DNA from: the human T2T-CHM13v2.0 reference genome, Homo sapiens
Assembly: GCF_009914755.1 (NCBI RefSeq)
Contig: NC_060932.1
Length of the DNA stretch: 64,000 nt
Reading direction: 5' to 3' (one strand)
The position numbers and the translations under genes were made by a program. The notes beneath the pieces were generated by a model. That model was given only the letters and a program-made list of their open reading frames with translations. It ran no database searches and was not told the DNA's origin. Positions 41,903 to 54,760 of the stretch are shown here, piece after piece (positions within the stretch are counted from its first letter, which is position 1; the number at the start of each line of letters is the position of its first letter).

Positions 41903-42641
41903 ATTAAATAAACGATAACACTTCTGATGGATCTTAAAAGAGAAATTTCAAAGTGATGTGGGAGAGTATAGCTAGGGGAATTAACTAGTCCATGGCATGG
42001 ATTCACACACTTTAGGGTGCAGAAGAATTCTCACTTTCTCTCTTCCCTCCTCTCCTTCCATCAATAGTAGTCAGATTCAATAGCTTTAGAGTGAAAACAA
42101 GGTGTCTGCATTTTAAATGAGAGAATCCAGGTAATTCTGTTGAAGTTTGGACCACTCTGAAAAACCTGCTCTGGGGTAGGGAAGACCTCGTTAAGGAAAT
42201 AAAATTTAAGCTGAGACTGGAAAACTAAATGAAGCATACACGGGCAGTTTGGAGAAATGTATTCAGGGGAGAATGGACAATGAATGAAGGTAGGAGTTTC
42301 TGAAAAAGTGAAAGAAATCTGGGGTTTCTAGTACAGAGAGAGTGAGGAAGGAATGCAAGAGACAGAGGAGACTGGGGAGAGAGACAGAGACTTGCTCCTA
42401 GAAGGACGTAAACCATGTTATAGTTTGGACTTGATCCTAAAGACAATGAGAAACCATTAAATATATGTTTTTAAAATAATTATTTTATATTTGCATCCTT
42501 ATATATTTACCTACATATATACGTAATTTTATGTAAGTGCCCATATATGCATGCCTTTGATGTGTGTGTTGTCCTTTTCTGTTTGTCTTATTGCTTGGTT
42601 TCTCTTCTTCTCTTTCCCCAAACTCTCCCCAAGGAATCCAT

Positions 42642-43044
42642 TGTTAAGGACTGAATTGTACCCTCACCCACAGCCAAATTTACGGGTTGAAACTCTAACC
42701 CCCAGTGCCTTAGAATGTGACTGCATTTGGACCTAGGGCCTTTAAAGAGGCAATTAAGATTAAATTACATCCTAAGGGAGAGGCCCTAATCCAGTATGAC
42801 TGGTATCCTTGTAAGAAGGGGGAGAGGCACCAGGGATGATGGGAAAGAGTAAAGACAGTGTGAGCGCTCAACGAGAAGGCAGCTATCTGCAAACCAAACA
42901 AGGAAAGAGCCTCAGGAGAAACCAAATCTACTCACACCTTGATCTTGGACTTCAATCCTCCGGAATTGTGAAAAAATAAGTTCCTGCTGTGTAAGCCACC
43001 CAGCCTGTGTTATTTTGTTATGGCAGCCTGAGCAAACTAACACA
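42642..43044 (+). mobile_element. MLT1A-type MaLR solo LTR
   Basis: TGTTAAGGACTGAATTGT...AAACTAACACA; flanks TCCAT / CCCAT. Confidence 0.85.
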
Positions 43045-43129
43045 CCCATATTAGTATCCTAGATCTTGTGCATCCATAATTTTCTTCTTGATCGTATAAT
43101 CCTATACAAATATTAATATATATACCTAT

Positions 43130-43835
43130 ACTTCATATTTCACTTAACCTAAGATGCCATTAATGAAAGACAGTGATTTTATGTTCTATGTAGAAAGAAA
43201 AAATGCTGTCATTCACACTATGACCCAAAGCCTGTCTAGAAAATGGGAAAGATGATCAATGAAAAATCACGTAAAATTTGGGAGTGCTAAGACACCATTC
43301 CTTACCTTGAAGTGTCAGGACCTAAAATAACTTGGTGCATTTTCCTTTTGACATGTAGTCAGTCATCTTTGGTATTTGGCTTCAAGTTCTGACTTGTCAT
43401 TTTTATTTTAAGCTTATTAAATTAGTCCTTTTAGATCTATTTAGAGATCATTCCTTTGCACACATGAGAAGAAAACTATTAGTGACATTAGTTGGGTGAG
43501 ATATTTTAAAAACGTTGCCTTTGGAGTCTGACTCTTCTGAATCCCTTTTCAATTCCTAGGCTTTGGGGTATGTGCTTTTCCACACCCCATCATCCTCTGT
43601 GCATCCAGAGCTCCCGTGATGCATTATTGCCTGTGACAGTGCCCCACTGTTACCTCTGTGGTATTCCCGCAAGCCTCCAATCCTCCTGCAGTTGGGTGCA
43701 CATGCTTTGATGTGCATGTGTAGGCAAGGAGGGTGCCGCAATGACTGACACATGGCAGATGGTGACAAAGAGGCATCTTGATATCAGAAAAATTACAATG
43801 TGAAAACAATAAACATTTCAGAGTCAAGGAAATAC
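43130..43835. mobile_element. Kanga/Tc2-type TcMar DNA transposon remnant carrying the 162-bp insertion
   Basis: ATATTTCACTTAACCTAAGATGCCAT start, GAGTCTGACTCTTCTGAATC, CATCCTCTGTGCATCCAGAGC, end AATGTGAAAACA..CAGAGTCAAGGAAATAC; matched from memory. Confidence 0.55.
43233..43394 (+). repeat. Copy 2 (putative insertion) of the 162-bp direct duplication
   Basis: Matches 41116-41277 and interrupts the DNA-transposon remnant. Confidence 0.95.
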
Positions 43836-43901
43836 AAATAGTTTATATATACACACAGAGACATTTTTGAATGGGATAGGTAGTGATTTTTTCTTGTCTC
43901 T

Positions 43902-44215
<314 letters not shown>

Positions 44216-45196
44216 ATTTTCCTGCATTTTGCTTTTCTGACTCAACAATACTGTGTAGAACCCTCTCCAAGTCACTTGACATAGCTCTTTTTCATTCTCT
44301 TAAGTAGCCTTATACTGTTTTATGGTGCAGATATATCACAGTGTATTTAGCCCGTTTCCCTTTTATGAATATTTATTTTGTTTATGAAGCTTTTTGTGAC
44401 TCCTAACCATGCTATGATAAGCATTCTTGTATGTATGTTCATAAGTGTTAATGCTTTTATTTCCAGGACTGAAATTACTCAGTTGAAGGATACTGTTACT
44501 TTTAATGTATGCTGTAAGGTTTCTCCCCACAAATGCTAGGAAACCTTGTCCTTCCACCAGCAGTGTATGAGAGTATTCTGTCCCCATAGCCTTCATATTT
44601 ATTTTGGGAGAAATAACGTAGTCTTCTTAACAGGAGAGTGGCTCTCTTGTTTGTTTTTAATACTATTTATTCTTTATATAGTTCTTGTGCATTTCTTGCC
44701 AAATTTATTCCTAAGTATTTCATAGTTATTTTTCCTCTTAAAATATTTCCCTCATTTCATTTCCAGGGGATTGTTCTAGAATAAAGTAGGGCTATAATTT
44801 TAAAAATATTCAGCTTGTATTCATTCATTTCCTTTCCATATTGTCTTATTTCTGTTTTAAATATTTAGTCATATCATTAGCATTAAGAGAAATCACTTTT
44901 TTTCCCAGTCTCTGGAGGCTGGTAGCATTGTTTTCTTCATGGCTGTCTTCTCTCGAAGGAAGACGTGGCACCTCCATGGCTACCAGAGGTACTGTTCATT
45001 CCATTTTCCTCCTTGTAGAATAGCTTTAATTTCCCTTTACCATTCCTCTTCTCTCTACACTCTTGAGAGCATGTTTGACTTCCTCCTCTCTCTACCTTCC
45101 ACCCCCAACTCCTACATTTTTGTTGAGATAGTGTTTTTTCTTACAATATTTCCCACTTATTTCAACAGTCCTTATATAAAATAAATTACACACTAT

Positions 45197-45527
45197 TGTC
45201 TTAGTCTGTCTTGTGTTGCTATAACTAAATACCACAAAAGAATAGAGGTTTATTTAGCTCATAGTTCTGAAGGCTGGGAAGTCCAAGAGCATGGCACCAG
45301 CATCTGGTGGGAGACTTCCTGTTGCATCATGACACGGCAGGGAGATCACTTGGCAAAATGGAGCAAGCATGCTAGCTCAGGTCTCCCACCAAGGGGGCCC
45401 CACCCTGATGACCTTATCTAGTCCTAATTACCTTTCAAAGTCCCTACCCTCAATCAACATATGAATTTGGGAATGTTTCATATGTTTCCGACACATGAAA
45501 TTTGGGGAACACATTTAAACCATACCA
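45197..45527 (-). mobile_element. MSTC/D-type MaLR LTR with internal deletions
   Basis: TGTCTTAGTCTG..TTGCTATAAC...ACACATTTAAACCATACCA; flanks ACTAT / CCTAT. Confidence 0.75.
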
Positions 45528-48500
45528 CCTATATACTACAGAAATAGACTATGTATTTTCATTAAGGTTTAAGTGTACACACATGTTAAGGATCACAGCT
45601 CAGTAATTTATTTCTTTTTATGTTCTTCCATCTTCAAGTGTCTGTTCTGGTTAATTTAGTGTTTTTTTTAAATTTTTTCCTCAGATATTTTCCTCAGAGG
45701 GAACACTTGAGTAACATATTTTTTTGTTCTTTCCTGTGTTGTAGTATTTTTTCATTCATCTGACAAGGGAATAGTATCTTGGCTGAGTATCTTAGTTCAT
45801 AGTCCTTCCCATTCAATTATCTGTAGATACTTTCCCCTGACTCCTAGCTCTCTGGGTTGTGGGTGAGAAGTCAGATTTTTTTCCCCCATAATCTCTGATG
45901 GGTTGGTTTTTACTATGTGTATGCTTGTGAAATTTTCTCTTTCTCTTTAAAGTTCAAGAATTTCAACTTGCCTGTATGTGGTTCTTCTTGTCAATCCAGC
46001 TGAAACTCTATACAAACCCTTCCTATCTGAGAACTCAGATCCTTCTTCAGTTCAGGGAACTTTTCTTTATCCTTTATTGAATTATTACCTTTTCTTCACC
46101 TGTTCTGTTTTCTCTTTTAGCAACACCTATTATTTTTATATTAACTCTTACTGATCCCTCTAGTTCTCTTTTTTTCTGGATCCTTTAAATTTCTTTTTTT
46201 TGTTCAGTACTTTGAAGTATTTCTTGCATTTGATCTTCCAGAGCACTAATTAGAGCCTTAATAATAATCATCTTTAATTTACTGAATTTTCAAAGAAAAA
46301 TTATATTTTTATGCAAGTAAAGTATTTTAAAACTGCTTTTAGAACAGCTTAGCAACCTTATTTTCTATTCAGGCTTCTGCCTATTTCCTTTGGCAGTTCT
46401 GTTTCATGAGAACTCATTTTGAGTGTTCTACCTGATCTTCCTTTCTCTGGTTTGCTGGGACCTCTTAGATGGACTGTTAGTTTTCCCTGTCCACTCTTTA
46501 AGACTCAAGTCTGGTTGTTGAAGTGTCCTTAATGATGGGAATCCTACAGGAGGTAAGAAGCAAAATGGGTTTATGGTCTGTGGGCCTGTAGTGTAAAGGC
46601 AGGATGTTAGCATTCTGCTGAGATCCCTGAAGAAACTCCTATGATCTCCCTTTAATCACTCAGCTTAGGAGAAGGGAAAGTTTATTCACCTGTTCTACCT
46701 CTCTTGGCTTTGGAAGGGTCTGCAAGATCTGACATACTTATACAAGGTTGATGTTAACTTTGAGGAAATGGAGGCAAAGTTGGGATCCACAAACCCCTGA
46801 CTGACAAGTCCTTTCACCTGCATATCTACATCTACAGGTCCTGGCTATCACCTCTGGTCTGCTGTTGACTGTCTAGCCCTAAAGGGAGGGAATTCCACAC
46901 CAGCTCTGTGTGAAGAACTTTATAGAACCCAAGGTCTTACTCACAGATCTCAGAACCTGCCAGATGCTGGAGAAGCAAGTAGATCATTCTGGGAGTGCTG
47001 AGAAGGGCACTTTGCTCAGATCCCCATGTTCCAGAACCCCAGTATGTGTCTGTTGTTGAAGGATTTTAAGCATAGGTGTGACATGGCCGGATATGCATTT
47101 GAGCAAGATTGTAATGCTGAAGGCAGAGAGACGAGTTAGGAGATTGCTGCAGAGTCTGGAAAAGAAATGAAGAGGTTTAGACTATGGTGGTCACACAGCA
47201 GAAAGAAAGGAGTGAATGGATTTGAGACTTATTGAGGAGGTCAATTCTATAGAGCAGATTGATTAATTAGAGGTGATGGCTATGGAAAAGGCAGGCATCA
47301 GCAATTAACATGCTATATTAATAGAATTCAGAAGACCATCAATCCAAAATCAGATATTCAGAGGATCTGCATGAACCTTGGCAAAAGAAATATAAAAGTT
47401 TAGGCAAAGCAGTTTGTGCTCAATCCTAAAGAGAATCTGAATTAAAAAAAATGTAAAATCAAAAGAAATAGCGTCTAATTCATTCATTTGCAGAATATTT
47501 ACATAGCTCCTAATCTGTGCTAGTCACGATGCTAGGGGTTTCAGATATATCTGTGAGTATGAAACTGTACTTGTCATTAAGAAGGCAATTGTGTCTGTCA
47601 GAAAGTTGGACAGAAATGCATATGGCTGGTCTACTCTGTCAAAATTATTCGAACATGTAATTAGAAGAGGCACACAAACCTTTTTATAATGAGATAGTAC
47701 ATTAGAATAGGAAGGGAAAGCCTTTCAGATATTAATTTTGTGTTTGTTCCTTTTTTTAGTGAGAGCAGCTCCAGCTACTTCATAGTAGGCGAGGGGGTAT
47801 CACAGGAGAATCTCTAAGTGTATGTTGTAAAAGAAAGACAAAGGACCTTGAAATTATTTAGAAGGGTCAGGGCAAACCATTTTAGCATCACTTGAGGGGA
47901 GGTGACTGGGTCTGGTCTAGTAGGTGGTGCATGCCAGCACTGGTCCTGTGTAGCACTCCTGGGGCCTTCTTAGACCTGCCTTTGTGAGCTGAGAGCTGGA
48001 GAATGTAGCCCAGACCTGGCAAGGTGTGAGAAGCTGGTGGCTGAGTGTGACATGGCAATTGTCTCTCCTCAGGGTCCCAGTGGGGAAGGGCTTTGCTCCA
48101 GCACCCATCATGGCTGCAGTGGAGGTATAGCCTTCTCACTGCCCTCATGTCTGGCCTTTAGGAAAAGTGTCATAAGTTTGGGTCAGGGCTCCTCCCAGCC
48201 CTGGGTAGACCCACCTCCTGCCCCCAGAGTCAGCTGCCCTGGAAGTCCTGAGCTTCATCTTACCCATGAGGGGTGCACAACAAAGCACAATTCCTATGAG
48301 TTATACTGAAAGAATCAAATGGTCTTTCCTGAGATGTGCAGGCCTATTTGAACAAAAATACCTTTCACAGAGGATGTGAGAAATGAAAGGGCTTCAACTC
48401 AAGGGGCAAGAGTCAGCTTGGCTGAGACTTATCCTAAATATCCATGGACGACCTAGTGAAAGCCATTTCCATTTCTTGACTTGACAGTTGTATCCAGTTT

Positions 48501-49426
48501 CTCACATTCAGATGCAATCTGCCAAGCCAGCTTTACTTAGTCACAAGCAACCCAAAGCCCTGGTCAGTGCCTCAAGGCAGGACTGAGCTATGTTGGATCC
48601 TGGCTGGCAGACCCCTTGTATGTGATAGGGGTCTGATGGCCATGGACTTGATTCTGGACCATTGGCTGCTCTTATTGACACATCAGGGATTTAAGCACTT
48701 ATACTCTGGGGACAGAAAATGTGTAGAGGGACCCCATGGTAACTCTTGGAAATGAAGGCACAAATTTTCTGTATTCTGGGATTCTTTCAGGCATCTGTTG
48801 GCATGAATAAGAAAAGAATGATCAAGGTCCTCACATGGAGAACCCCACCCTGTCACATTATTGAAGAGGAGTCTTAGTCATTTTGGGGAATATTCCTGAG
48901 AATCCACCCACTGGTTCTGGGAAGATGTAGCAATTCTCCATTTATGAGTTGGAATTTTTAGTGAACAGATAAGTGAGCATGAAAGAATTTGAAAACCAGC
49001 TGTGAATGTGGAGAAGAGGAATGGTGGTGATTTTACCAGTGATATGGGCAGTTATTCTTCTGCCAACATGCCATAGATATTTATGCTTCTGCTCCTTGAT
49101 CTGTTCTCCCTGCACCATGTTCTTTCTGTAAACTCTAGGGATTAAAGCTGAAGGCAGCGCCTCAAATGATGTAAGAAGGCAGCAACCAGGACAGTAGGAA
49201 AGATGGGTCCAGGGAGGAATGGAGGGGGGTGAGGGATGGCGCTGGCTGCCTACCTGGTGGAAGTACAGCTGGAAACCAGGAGCAGCATTAGCAGGAGACC
49301 CAGAGACACTCACCTTCTGGGAATTCCTCACCTTCCCTTCCTCCTCCCTGACCTGGGCTTTCTGTACACTGCCAGGACAATGATGAATATGGGCATAACT
49401 GTGTTGATAATGTGGACTTGGGAACT

Positions 49427-49647
49427 CTGATGGTTTTATAAAGGGCTTCCACCTTCACTTGGCTCTCATTCTTCTCTCTCTTGCCACCATGTGAAGAAGG
49501 ATGTGTTTGCTTCCCCTTCAGCCATGATTGTAAGTTTCCTGAGGCCTCCCCAGCCATGCTGAACTGTGAGTCAATTAAACCTCTTTCCTTTATAAATTAC
49601 CTAGTCTCAGGTATGTCCTTATAGCAGTGTGAGAATGGACTAATACA
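49427..49647 (+). mobile_element. THE1 (B/C-like) LTR, 3' portion only
   Basis: CTGATGGTTTTATAAAGGG...CCATGATTGTAAGTTTCCTGAGGCCTCCCCAGCC...GGACTAATACA. Confidence 0.9.
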
Positions 49648-49981
49648 GGGACATTTCCAATTTTCAAAAGTACTCTATGGAATCACTTTTATTGTTCTAT
49701 ATTTTTACTTGGTAAATTATTTTATAGATTATTTAGATAGGTTGTAAGTTGAATGTTCCCAAATTTAGTGTGCAAGACAGCACTGTTTTTTTATAGTTAA
49801 TATTCCACAGTATGAGTCCTAGGCTAGACCCCTGGGGACCCTGGGGACAGAGCATACACTTGGTCTACCTTTTTTTTGATCCATATGGTATCTTTTTAAT
49901 ACTTATGAGGTAGTTTTCTTGCCTTGTCTCCTCCATACATAGGCCTGATGGGATTTGGCCCCCTACATAGGTCTAGCTAAG

Positions 49982-50012
<31 letters not shown>

Positions 50013-50356
50013 CTCTCTCTGTGTGTCTGTGCCTCAACAGTTAAGACAGACCGATCTGCTCTATAGATTAAGTTATTTTAGATCTATGAGAAAAGGAAGA
50101 GGGGGCTCTTCAGTGGTTTTCAAGCTTAGGCTTATTCTCCAGCCTCTTATTCTTCCCAGAGAACCTGGCACTGTGGGTATCTTGTGCTTACTCAGCCATT
50201 ACTAAAGCACTGCTCCATTTCTCGCTGTGACATTGGTCCTTATGTGTATACTCAGAACTCCAAACATATGGATCTGTGATTTATTCTTATAATTATTTTT
50301 ACTTATTAAGAAATGATGTGCCACTAACTTTATAATTATTCTACCTTAATGAGATG

Positions 50357-50524
50357 TGCTCTGCTGCACATCATCTGTGTACCTCAGTTTCCTCATATGT
50401 AATATGGAGGTAATGACAAAAGTATCTGCCTAACAAATACAAAACCTAATAAGGCAGACACTTGTCGTTACCTCCATATTACAGATGAGGAAACTGAGGC
50501 ACACAGATGATGTGCAGTGGAGCA
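50357..50524. repeat. MIR-derived fold-back inverted repeat (arms 50357-50431 and 50452-50524, 20-nt loop)
   Basis: Reverse-complement match with about 6 substitutions and one 2-nt indel. Confidence 0.93.
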
Positions 50525-50679
50525 GTTTTGAAGTCAGGCAGTTTAGCACCAGAGCCCAAATACATAACCCCTATCCTACATTCTTGCAACTGCAGGCATG
50601 GTGAGCTCAGTGTGGCAAGAGACTCATCATAGACCAGTACTGATGCCTGTGCTCAGACACGGCCAAGATCAGTCACCAC

Positions 50680-50895
50680 CAAGCATGCTTCAAGAGTTCC
50701 ACCACTTTCTGTTGTGTGGACTGTGGACTCATTACTCAATCTCTCTGTGTCTCAGTTTCCTTACCTGTGAAACGAGGATAACAGTAATGGTACTCAACTA
50801 ATAAGGTTACTGTGAGTGTTGACACATGCAAAGTGATTAAGAAAGTGCCTGGCACACTATAAACCCTCAATAAATGTTAACTATCATTACTATTA
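50680..50895 (+). mobile_element. MIR
   Basis: CTCTGTGTCTCAGTTTCCTTACCTGTGAAA...GTGCCTGGCACACTATAAACCCTCAATAAATGTTAACTAT. Confidence 0.8.
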
Positions 50896-51087
50896 AAAAA
50901 GGAAAAAACAGTGCTAGGGGGATGAATGGCCTACTTTTTAGGAAGCAGCTTCCTCCTAAAAACCCACAGGGATTAGAAGAGCAAAATCTTGCACCTTCTC
51001 TGTGTGGATCTTGTGGACCAAACCTGGAAAATTTATTTTCATCTGTTGAATAGTAATACCACAACATGGGAAATAATAACTCTAGAA

Positions 51088-51310
51088 CAATGTTTCCCAA
51101 ATATTGTTCCAAGGAACCCTAGTTCTGTAAGCTATTAGTAGATGTACAAAGAGTTTCATGGTCAAGTAAATTTGGGAAATTATACTTTAAATAGATGTAA
51201 ACAGGTTTCTTTGTTGTAGGAGTTTTCAGAGCCTTTGGCATGCTAACAGTGACAGTAAATCTCCAAGAAGGAGCTAGAGCATGCATTTCTTCCTCCAGAT
51301 TTGACCACAA
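51088..51310. mobile_element. hAT-Charlie-type MITE remnant
   Basis: CAATGTTTCCCAAA start, GGTCAAGTAAATTTGGGAAAT, AATCTCCAAGAAGG. Subfamily uncertain. Confidence 0.5.
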
Positions 51311-51469
51311 AATCCATCCCCTCCTGCCCCCAACATACAACTCTTTTACTTGTTTGGGGCATCACATAGGAAGAAAGGCCACTCTGGGCTTACAGCAGAA
51401 TGCTAGAAGATGGCAAATTCCTCAGGAGCAGGAACTTTTCTGTTGTATCAATCTGCCTCCCCAATACTA

Positions 51470-51920
<451 letters not shown>

Positions 51921-52912
51921 TTAGCTATTCAAGGTGAAACTCTTGCATTTTTATAGTTCCTTTTCAAAGGATTCTTTCAATATTACCTCATTTTACCCTA
52001 CTGGGTAATTTATTTTTAGCCTCAAATCCAATTAATCCAAAGGTGTTAGGGGAATCTGATCTGATATTTGTCTATTTAACCCTTTCTTCAGGAAAGTACT
52101 GAGTTTTCTCTATTCTGCATAGAATTGCTGCTCTATAACGATAGTTGATTAAGAAAGAAGGAACATAAAATTCATGTGACACAGTTGTGGTCCCACAGAG
52201 ATCACAAGGTATTTTAGGGAAGACAAAAAGTTAAAGAGGTAAAGATAACAATAAAAAATGTGTTTCTAATTTAATATGTTCACAATAGTTTACACATGGG
52301 GCTGCAACTAGACCATGTTGGAAAGAGAATAAGTAAAATAAAAGCTTGAAAAACAATCTCATTTTGTGGATTGAAACATTTTAGGGGAACTATTTGCTTT
52401 AAATTAATTCCAAGGTCCTGCAATGAAATTTGGATCCTTTCTCCATCGCTCTGTGGTGAGGGGTGTAGGGACAGAGGGAAAATAGATACAGAAAGAGCTT
52501 TGAAGTGTTTAGATTCAAACTAACCCTCTGTAGAAAGGCTGGAAGAGAGGGGTGTGAAAAAACTCATCAGTTGGCAAATTCTCAAAATAGTTTTTCTTTC
52601 ATCATGTTTCCCCCTCTTTTCCCTCAGGTTCTTAATTCTGAGATAGGCGTGATAAAGGGGCCCAGCCTGCCTGCTCTTGGAACCCAATTCTAAAAAGGGA
52701 ATGCTCAGAATCTTCTAAAGAAACCTGATCAATTAGAGAAAGTTTTCCTGGTTTGAGCATTGAGAGGAGGGCTGGGGCAACCCATCTGATGGCTCTCACC
52801 AGGGACCAAAGCAGGTGTCACTCCCTCCTGGCATACGGCCAGGATGGAGACACTCAGGAGAGCAGATTGGTTGTGAAGGGTTTGTACTGGCACCAGGAGA
52901 ACTCAGAAAGCA

Positions 52913-53016
52913 CCTTTTTCTCCCCTCTCTCCTCCTCTTCTCTCCTCTCCCCACCTCTCTCCTCCCCTCCCTTCCTCTCTTCCTTTTTGCTTTATTCTCT
53001 TCTTCCTTTCTTTTTT
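52913..53016. repeat. CT-rich polypyrimidine low-complexity tract
   Basis: About 100 nt that are almost entirely C/T. Confidence 0.85.
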
Positions 53017-53031
53017 ATATGATAAGAAAAG

Positions 53032-53347
53032 CAATCCACAACTCTTTATCCAAATCCCCCATGTGAGGTATGTTTTGGAATTCAGAATATTCCAAGCTTT
53101 AGAAAGGTAATTGAGTGATAGATGTAGTCATACATCTATTATGGCGTAATATATATACCCCAAGCAAGGTCTGAGGAACCACTTTTTTATTATTTGCAGT
53201 TTAATTCATGGATATTATCATTCAATAGCAAACAGATTGACTATGAATAACTTCACATTAGGCTAGTTCAGGTTTTGCATTTACAAAAACCTTTCCATTT
53301 TCAGAGCTTTTGGATTTTGGCATCTTGGATAAAGGCATGTGGACTTT
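53032..53347. mobile_element. MER46C-like MITE (opposite orientation to the 36.8-kb copy)
   Basis: TIR-like ends TCCACAACTCTTTATCCAAA ... TTGGATAAAGGCATGTGGA. Confidence 0.7.
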
Positions 53348-53359
53348 AAAAAATCCCCC

Positions 53360-54760
53360 TTGATTACGTATAATCAGAATACCTTGATTTTACGTGCACA
53401 GTTTGATGAGTTTTAACAAATGTGTTCACTCACAATCAAGACACAGAATGCTTCTACCATCCCAAGATTTCCCTCGTGTCCCCTCAGTGTAGGCCCAGGC
53501 CACTGACCTACTTTCTATTACCATAAGCTTAATTTGTTTTTTTCCTAGCGTTTTCTGTAAAAGAAATCATAGAGTATTTACTCTTTTTATGTCTGGCTTC
53601 CTTTGGTCAGCTTACTGTTCCAAAGACTCATCCATTTTGGTGCATGTATCAATAGTTCGTTCCTTTTCATTGCTGAATAGTATTCCATCGTTGATGTACC
53701 ACAATTTGTTTATCCACTTACCTGTTGATGGACATTTGCATTTTTCTTCATTTTGGCTGTTAGGAATAACAATTATAAACAATTGTTTACAAATTAAAAA
53801 AATTATTTGGCTAAGTAACTAAAAGTAGAATTACTTGATCAGAGCATAAGTGTATGCTTTACTTTAGAAGAAACTCTACAGCTGTCTTTTAGTGGCTTTA
53901 CCATATTGCCTTCCCAGCAGCAGTGTATGAGAGTTTTGGTGGTTCCACATCCTTGATAACATTTGGTATTGTCAGTCTTTTAAAATTGTAGTTGTTCTGG
54001 TGGCTTAATGGCACCTTTAATGAGGTTTTAGTTTGCATTTCCCTAATGACTTAAGAGAAAGTCCTTAGCCAAATTAAACTTAACAGAGTTAATTGAGCAA
54101 AGAATGATTCTCGAATCAGAGTAGGCTCAGAAAGACTCCAGTGCAGCTACGTGGTGGAAGATTTATGGACAGAAAAAGAAAAGGGGCATACAGAAAATGG
54201 AGGTGAGGTATAGAAACAGGCAAATTGGTTATAGCTTGGTGCTTGCCTTATTTGACCACAGTTTGAACAGTTGGCCCCCTTTGATTGGCCAAAACTCAGT
54301 GATTGGCACAAGAGTAGGTTACAGTGTGTTTATACCTCCATTTAGGTAATAGTTCACAATGTACAGAGAAACCTTTAGGCTGAACGTAAAATATGTAAGG
54401 AAGCAGCTTTAGGTTAAACTTGATTTAACTTGATTAATGATACTAAACATTTTTTTCATGTGCTTATTTACCATTGCTGTAGTTTATTTTGTATAGTGTC
54501 TGTTCCATTTATTAAAAAAATTTAAAAATTGAGTTGTTTTTATTATTGAGTTGGAAGGGTTTTATTTTTTTAAATGTATTCTGGATACAAGTCTTTTGCC
54601 AAGTATATGTAGTGCAAATATTTTCTTTCAGTCTGTAGCTTGCCTTTTTATTTTCTTAATGGGTATCTTTCAAAAAAATGGAAGTTTTAAGTTTGAATGG
54701 AATTCAGTTTGTCTTTTAAAGCTTGTGCTTTTTGTGTTCAACTAAGGGATATTAGCTTAC
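53360..54760 (-). mobile_element. Old L1M (MB/MC-like) 3' region interrupted by MER57
   Basis: TTGCTGAATAGTATTCCAT..CACAATTTGTTTATCCA; TTTGCATTTCCCTAATGAC resumes as TAATGATACTAAACATTTTTTTCATGTGC. Confidence 0.8.
54051..54429 (-). mobile_element. MER57B-type ERV1 solo LTR
   Basis: AGCCAAATTAAACTTAACAGAG..GAGGTGAGGTATAGAAACAG..CAGCTTTAGGTTAAACTTGATTTAAC. Confidence 0.8.

Noticed and set aside
49303-49320. Strong minus-strand splice donors (also near 6505, 23470, 56641, 58694)
   Set aside because: I could not pair them with convincing acceptors, and isolated donor matches are frequent by chance.
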